Origin: Selaginella moellendorffii
Lineage: Eukaryota > Plantae > Lycopodiophyta
Assembly (NCBI RefSeq): GCF_000143415.4
Contig: NW_003314431.1
Coordinates: 108,753-172,752, forward strand
DNA: 64,000 bases
Reading direction: 5' to 3'
A program made the translations under genes and the position numbers. This document shows positions 57,190-64,000 of this stretch, piece by piece; position 1 is the stretch's first letter; every line of letters starts with the position of its first letter. The notes under the pieces were generated by a model, which had not been told where the DNA came from, did not search any database, and saw only the letters and a list, made by a program, of their open reading frames with translations.

Positions 57190-59734
57190 CAGGCTTGGGT
57201 AGTTTGCTATTCAAAAACAAAACCTTGTCCATAATATCGAGCAACTTTGATTTTTGGCAGACTTGAATGAGGATGACATTCGTCAACATTATGGTGATGA
57301 TCTCGCAACACTTATTTGGCATTCACGTACTCAAAATGACGGTATAACTTTGTTCAACAATTAGTTTTATGCTCACTATGTGATGCAAGATATGTCTTTC
57401 CCTTTCATTTTATAAGGGCCTCTTTTTATTGTTTTGGTTTTTAGCCTTTGGTGAAGGTCAAGCAAGATGATTACGAACTTGCATATTTGGAAAAGAGTTA
57501 GGAAGAGCTCTCGGCTGAATTCATACAAATTGAGCACAAAATTTAGCATGCAAAGTTTTCAAAGTTGAAAAGACTAGTATACATTGTAGACAATTGTAAA
57601 TTGAAGGAGTGGCTAGAGACTATAACCGAAATTTCTTCTCATGAATGTAAGTTTCTTATCACACTTCATTTTTCTCAATTATGCATATATTACTTTTGCA
57701 GTGAAAAAAACTCCAAATGACTTGATTTACAATATCGCAAAATCAAAGTTTCCATATAAGCAATAGATAGAGATTTTAGAGTTTCTCAATGTCTGCTTGA
57801 TGAACAAAGAGAAAGGATTACTAAAACTATTTGAGAACATGATAAGGACTATCTACATCATGCAAACTATAAGTGAAGTTGAGAAGTTTTTGGCACCGCA
57901 CATTGGTGATGATCCAAATGGCACATTCATGTCTTTTGACACTTACATTAACACATCATTAGAAGGGATTAAAGAGGGGTGGCTGCTAGAGAAGTTTACA
58001 ATTATAACAACTTATGATTGCTAACATGGTTAGCTTTATTTCATGTAATATATGGGTTATAGATATAAGACATTTTTTAAATATATATTGTTTACAGGTA
58101 TCTTCAATATAGAGGCATGCCATTTGAGGCACTAGCTTGCATTCGACTTGTTGCAAAGGGTGTAAGGGATGGAGGAATGTACCCATCAATATTTGTAAGA
58201 GTTCCAAAGGCATAGAAAATAAAATGCCCTTGGGAGTTGGAGCTCTTAGGGAAGGAGACCTCTACACTAGACCACAAGAAAGTTGTTAATGCTAACAACG
58301 ATGGCAATGCAAGTGACGATGGAGACAAAGATAAGCTCCAAATCAAGTTCGCATTCCACTACCAGACAACTAGGATCAAGCTTCAGTTCAACCATCAAAC
58401 AACTAAGATCCAGATCACGTTCCACCAATAAATAATGATGATTGAGTTGTTCACAGAATATCATATCAACCTAGAGGTAAGCAAAAATGAATTTTACAAA
58501 CTAAAGGTGGTAATACATGTTTTTTGTAGCAATGACTATTGATAGTAATTTCATTCTAGCTCGACGAGATGCTCATGACGAAGAGTTGGAGGAACTCTCA
58601 TCAACAATATGTCATATGACGGTAAATATTATTCATTATTTTTTTCATTCACTTAGCTCTTCTATAGGTTTGTCCTATTTCCCTAATAACACAACAAGGT
58701 ATTGTGGGTGTTTCCATTAGCTCCTACAATAGATTGTTGACATCTTTCACAAAAGACAACATCAACATGGATATATAGTGCTAGTTCAACTATTGGTGTT
58801 GAAAGATACAAAGGCTCTTGCTCCCAGTTGCAGACTTCATTCTCTTCGACTTTCCAGATGGTCTTTTAAATATTGATGGGAAAGTTGAGGATTGGAACTT
58901 TCTCATATTTGACCACATACACAATGCATTCCTCTTGTCCGAAGCACTTATGCTTGAAGTTGGCCATGTCATCTTCATCCTACTGAATGACCCCAACTGA
59001 ATGTATGAACTTATGATATGTGTAGTAGAAGTCATTTCAAGTCATTCTCTTCTGAGTGTATCATGGATCTTATTGACGTCAATATGAAGGGCATCCAAGG
59101 GAAGCCTAAAAAGGTGAGTATGTATTTTATATTTTTATCTAATTTCTAAACTTTTTTATTTTCCAAGTTATAATGAGGACCTATCATGCCTTCTGCAGAA
59201 ACACACATGATGGGTTTTGTGATAGTAAAATGCAGCACGTGTTTTGCCTAGGTATGATAGTTCCACTAACATCATACCCAACCTTGTGAATGAGTAGATC
59301 CGCAACACATTTCCAAGGTATCAATTTCAAACTTCATCAGCGATACAAGTCTTATTTGAGCTTTATTGCCCACTAGATGGTGTTGTGATTGATTACACAG
59401 CTAGTGATTCTATGGTGGAGGTAGCATGTGACTCTGGTAGGTTGGTGTTTGCTATTGAAGAACATCATTTCTTCAAACGCCGGCTCAGAGGATTTCATGA
59501 GTTACCTCTAACCTCAAGGAGATAAATTATATTTATTAATATTTCAAGATATGTTTAATTCCATTTTATAGATCACAATCACCTAGAGTTTCTAGAATTG
59601 GAGGCTTTGGAAGTCTCCCCAGCTATAAAGAAGCCATGGCTCAACATATTGAAGGTGAATCTTCCCCATAATACTAATATAGGAGGAAACATAAAAGAAA
59701 TCAATATGTTGATGATGAGGCAGAAGAAAGTTAA
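57190..59734 (+). pseudogene. Intron-containing gene with a C-terminal N6A/N4C DNA methyltransferase-like domain (left, more decayed copy)
   Basis: Inverted homolog of 62420-64000, with DFILFDFPDGL and LFELYCPLDGVVID...VEVACDSGRLVFAIE. GT-AG introns and many C>T-type stops are present. The 5' boundary is approximate. Confidence 0.7.
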
Positions 59735-60305
59735 TTGCATCCTTACATAAAATGAAAAGCTTATTATATGTCAGATATCAGTGAAAGTGTCAAATGTCAG
59801 TGTCATTGTCAGATATCATAATTGTAAATCATCATTCTCACCTATCACCATCACTTTGTAGCACTTGTGTGTTGCCATCTCCTCCTTCAACATCTTGTAA
59901 ACAATTTTATGTGATATAATAGCACCTTCGAGAATAAAGTATATTACCTACAACTAATATCATTTTATTATATTTTTTCTTTTAAAAGTGACAACACTAT
60001 AGTATAGTAAAGTAATTCTATATCTTACATTCCATTGTAGAATGGCCTAAAAACCCCATATTTTACTCTAGCCAATGCAGTGTTTTCTAAGGGGATGTTA
60101 TTCCTCACTATGAAGTGATAGTGGGTATATGTCTATAACTCGTTCTTGAATCTATTGTACATCCACACATGCATATTTTCTAGACCCACTGTTGGGCAAT
60201 TGCTATAGTGCTCAAGAAAAGTTTGTGAACCCATAGATCTATTCATCTTGTCCAAGAAAAAGTAGCATATTAGACACTGAATGTAATAGCATTTTGTCCT
60301 TTCGG
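58167..60305 (+). repeat. Left arm of a >2.1-kb inverted duplication (partner 61831-64000, which runs off the window)
   Basis: Continuous reverse-complement colinearity through exons, introns and the intergenic region. Confidence 0.95.
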
Positions 60306-61566
60306 GGATGGTCCAAAGTTGAGTTGAGCTCATGAGTTGAGCTCAATTCAACACAAGTCAACTCAAGTCAACATAGTCAATAAGAAATATTACAAAGGAG
60401 ATCTAAATTGAACAAATGAAGGTTCTAGCAAACTTTAAAATATTAAAATATGTAAATATCTAAGTTAAAAGTTTCTATAAGATTGAATTGTTTAAAAAAG
60501 ACAAAGTTCATGAGAACCTATCTTTTATAAAACTATATTATTTTATTATGACAACTGTTACAGCTGTTATATTTGATTTGACTACTTAATATTTTGAATA
60601 CTTTACAGCTATAGATACTATTCCTTCATTCAAAAGATTTTTTAGGGTTCTTGAGAAGATGGGAAGCAAAGAAAATACAAGATCTGTGAGTAAGAGTTGT
60701 AGTGCAAAGGAATGTGAGAATGTTAATTTTGTTTCACTACCACAATCTCCATATTACACTCCTGGTCCTTATTACCCATCTGGGAATGTGGAGACCGCTA
60801 TCACGATTGATAAAAATGCTATTGTTACTTCTGAAACAACAGTCCAGAGCAAGAGAAATGAAGAAATGAACAGCACAGCGGAAAGCACCAAGAAATCTAC
60901 TCCATAAAACTTTCTATGACATTTGTAATTTACATATTAATTCATATTAAAAACTCTATTGCTTGCCTATATCGCAATCCTCTCATATAATAAGACCAAG
61001 GTATATTTTGCAGTGAATCCTCATTAAAAGTTTTTGGGAATTGTTTGTAAATAATGATAAAAGAAATCAAAATCTTTCGAAAGACTCAAAAGTAATATCA
61101 CATCAAAGAATCAACTTTATCTACATTTCCAAGACTAAAAGGCAATCTCACATGAGAGAATAGTAGCGTGCCAATGTGCTCTACCACTATAATGTGGTCT
61201 ATATTTCCTTGCAATTTATTTCCCTAGACATTTGGCATGTGTAGAAAAGAATATATGTGTAGCAAAGTAGGATTCATCATAATGATAGAGCATGTGTATA
61301 CACGATAATCTAAAATTCTAGAAGCTCTTATGTTTACAAGAAAGCTATGATTATGAAGCCCCATTTCCAAGACTGACATTTAAAGAATCTAAGTATTGTC
61401 AGTGTCATAATAAATAAACTTCATTCCCAAGAATCTGAGTATTGTCAGTGTCATAATAAATAAACCTCATTCCCAAGACTAAAACTTAGTATATAAACTA
61501 TCTAGAAAAGTTATAGTCATTGTAGGTTTTTTGTTCTCCTTGAGCTCCTTAGAAGTTTATATTGAA

Positions 61567-62110
61567 ATGGCTCAAAGGAGACCCATTGCTAATCGTACTT
61601 GGCCCCCCAGCATTTCATATCAATCTCCACCTCCATCCCCAAGTTCTACCAACATTCCACCTTCACCTCTACATAACAATCCTTTTTCTGCTGAGGGCTC
61701 TAGTGAAGCTGAATTAGAGCTCTCTATATGTGAAATTCCGGATCTTGCTACTAGAGAGGGATTGCCTTTAGTGCTTCAAGAGCAATGCCACATGTTTTTG
61801 CAAGATCTTGCTCTTGACATGGTAGAACTACTGAAAGCACAAAACGCTATACATTCAGTGTCCAATATACTACTTTTTCTTGGTGAAGACAAATGGCTCT
61901 ATGGGTTTACAAACTTTTCTTGAGCACTGTAAGAATTGCCCAACGGCAGGTCTGGAAAATGTGCACGTGTGGATGTACAATAGATTCAAGAATGAGTTAC
62001 AGACACATACCCACTATCGCTTCATGGTGAGGAACAACATCCCCTTGGGAAACACTGCATTGGCTAGTGCAAAATATGGGGTTTTTAGGCCACCCTATAG
62101 TGGAATGTAA
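61567..62110 (+). pseudogene. Second, convergent gene of the duplicated module: Pro/Ser-rich N-terminus and putative C2HC zinc-binding C-terminus
   Basis: Two overlapping ORFs (61531-61923 and 61880-62110). The left copy (60133-60333, minus strand) restores YYIQC(L/P)IC...FLEH(C/Y)xNC. Confidence 0.5.
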
Positions 62111-64000
62111 AATCTAGAATTACTTTACTATACTATAGTATTGTCACTATTAAAAGAAAAAATATAATAAAATGATATTAGTTGTAGGTAACATACCTTG
62201 TTCTAGAAGGTGCTATCATATCACATACAATTGTTTACAAAATGTTGAAGGAGGAGATGGCAACACACAAATGCTACAAAGTGATGGTGACAGGTGAGAA
62301 TGATAATCTATAATTATGGTATCTGACACTGACACTGACATCTGACAATTTTACTAACATCTAACACTTTCACTGACATCTAACATATAACAAACTTTCC
62401 ATTTTATGTAAGGATGCAATTAACTTTCTTCTGCCTCATCATCAACATAATGATTTCTTTTATACTTCCTCCTATATTGGTATTGTGGGGAAGATTCACC
62501 TTGCATATGTTGGCAAGCCATGGCTTCTGCATAGTCAGGGAGACTTCCAAAGCCTCCAATTCTAGAAACTCTAGGTGACTATGATCTATAAAATAGAATG
62601 AAATATATATTGAAATTTTAATAAACATAATTTACCTCCTTGAGGTTGAAGGCAACTCACGAAATCCTCTGAGCCGGCGTTTGAAGAAATGATGTTCTTC
62701 AATAGCAAACACCAACTTACCAGAGTCACGTGCTGCCTCCACCATAGAACCGCTACCTACTGTGCAATCAATCACAATACCATCTGGTGGGCAATAGAGC
62801 TCAAGCAAGACTTGCATTGCTGATGGAGTTCGGAATCGGTACCCTAGAAACGTGTTGCGGATCTGCTCATCCACAAGGTTGGGTATGATGTTAGTGGAAC
62901 TGTCGTACCCAGGCAAAACACGTGCTGCACGTTCGCTATCACGAAACCCATTATGTGTGTTTCTGCAGAAGGCATGATAGGTCCACATCATAACCTAGAA
63001 AATAAAAATGTTTAGAAATTAGATAAAAATATAAAATACATACTCACCTTTTCAGGCTTCCCTTGGACGCCCCTCGTATCAACGCCAATAGGATCCATAA
63101 TGCACCTGGAAGAGAATGACTTGAAATGAACTTTTGCTACGCACGTCATAAGCTCATACATCCAGTTGGGGTCGTTCGGTAGGATGAAGACGACATGGCC
63201 AGCTTCGAGCATAAGTACTTCGGACAATAGGAATGCATCGCGCAAGTGGTCAGGTGTGAGAAAGTTCCAATCCTTAACTTTCCCATCGATATCTGAAAGA
63301 CTATTTGGAAAGTCGAAGAGAATGAAGTCCGCAACTGGGAGCACGGGCCTTTGTATCTTTCGGCACCAATGGTTGAACTGGCAGCGTATATCCATGTTGA
63401 TGTCGTCTTCCGTGAAAGATGTCAATAATCTACTATAAGAGCCAATGAAGATACCCACAATGCCTCATTGTGTTATTGGGGACACAGGACGGACCTATAA
63501 AAGAGCTAAGTGAATGAAAAAAATAATAAATAGTATGATACCATCATATGGCATGTTGTCGATGAGAGTTCCTCCAACTCCTCTTCACGAGCATCTCGTA
63601 GAGCTGGAATGAAATTACTACCAATAGTCATTGCTGCAAAAAACATGTATTACCACCTTTAGTTTGTAAAATTCACTTTTACTTACCTCGAGGTCGACGT
63701 GATATTCTGTGAACCACTTGATCATCGTTATTTACTGGTAAAACTTGATCCGGATCTTGGTTGTTTGATGGTTGAATTGGAGCCTGTTCCTGACTGTCTG
63801 GTGGTGGAACACGAACTTGATCTGGAGCTTCCTCTTCTTCGTCTCCATCGTCACTTGCATTGCCATCGTTGCTAGCATTGATAATTTCCTCGCGATCTAG
63901 TGTAGAGGTCTCCTTCCTTAGGAGCTCCAACTCCCAAGGGCATTCTATCTTCTGTGCCTTCAGAACTCTCGCAAACATTGTTGGATACATTCCTCCATCT
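61831..64000 (-). repeat. Right arm of the inverted duplication
   Basis: Reverse complement of 58167-60305, with more CpG retained than the left arm. Confidence 0.95.
62420..64000 (-). pseudogene. Intron-containing gene with a beta-class N6A/N4C DNA methyltransferase-like domain (right, better-preserved copy; 5' end outside the window)
   Basis: Spliced reading gives ADFILFDFPNSL...VLMLEAGHVVFIL...RTPSAMQVLLELYCPPDGIVIDCTVGSGSMVEAARDSGKLVFAIE...DDEAEES*. Two premature stops (TGA ~63465, TAG ~62580) are explicable by C>T. Confidence 0.75.

Noticed and set aside
60659-60907. 82-aa ORF in the spacer of the inverted duplication
   Set aside because: Low-complexity with no motif or second copy. 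It may be a stray exon but cannot be supported.

Overview
Eukaryotic nuclear DNA from a very compact land-plant genome. The short introns (often 45-90 nt), tiny intergenic gaps, SS/PLS-type PPR genes and an acetate kinase suggest a lycophyte such as Selaginella (inference). The left ~36.5 kb is gene-dense. It holds a PPR pseudogene, a class I sHSP with heat-shock elements, tRNA-Val(CAC), E2F (with U12-type introns), a CERK1-like LysM receptor kinase, an S-repeat PPR, an AT-eroded relic block, RsmB-like rRNA methyltransferase, a TolB-like propeller, APE1L, a CCCH zinc finger, TITAN-like/CCDC84, three tandem PLS-PPR genes (one DYW), CRR7 and MsrA. The right ~27.5 kb is a transposon graveyard decayed by C>T/G>A change. 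It holds an intact 5S-rRNA-bearing Cassandra-type TRIM with TSD plus older copies, LINE and MULE relics, an acetate kinase pseudogene and a chromodomain Ty3/gypsy element. The most unusual feature lies at 56.8-64 kb: two inverted copies of an intron-containing two-gene module. One gene encodes a bacterial-type beta-class N6A/N4C DNA methyltransferase-like domain with an atypical catalytic motif. The other, convergent gene has a putative zinc-binding motif. Two tandem ~76-bp loopless palindromes precede the module. Exon boundaries and identities were read by eye; no database searches were run.
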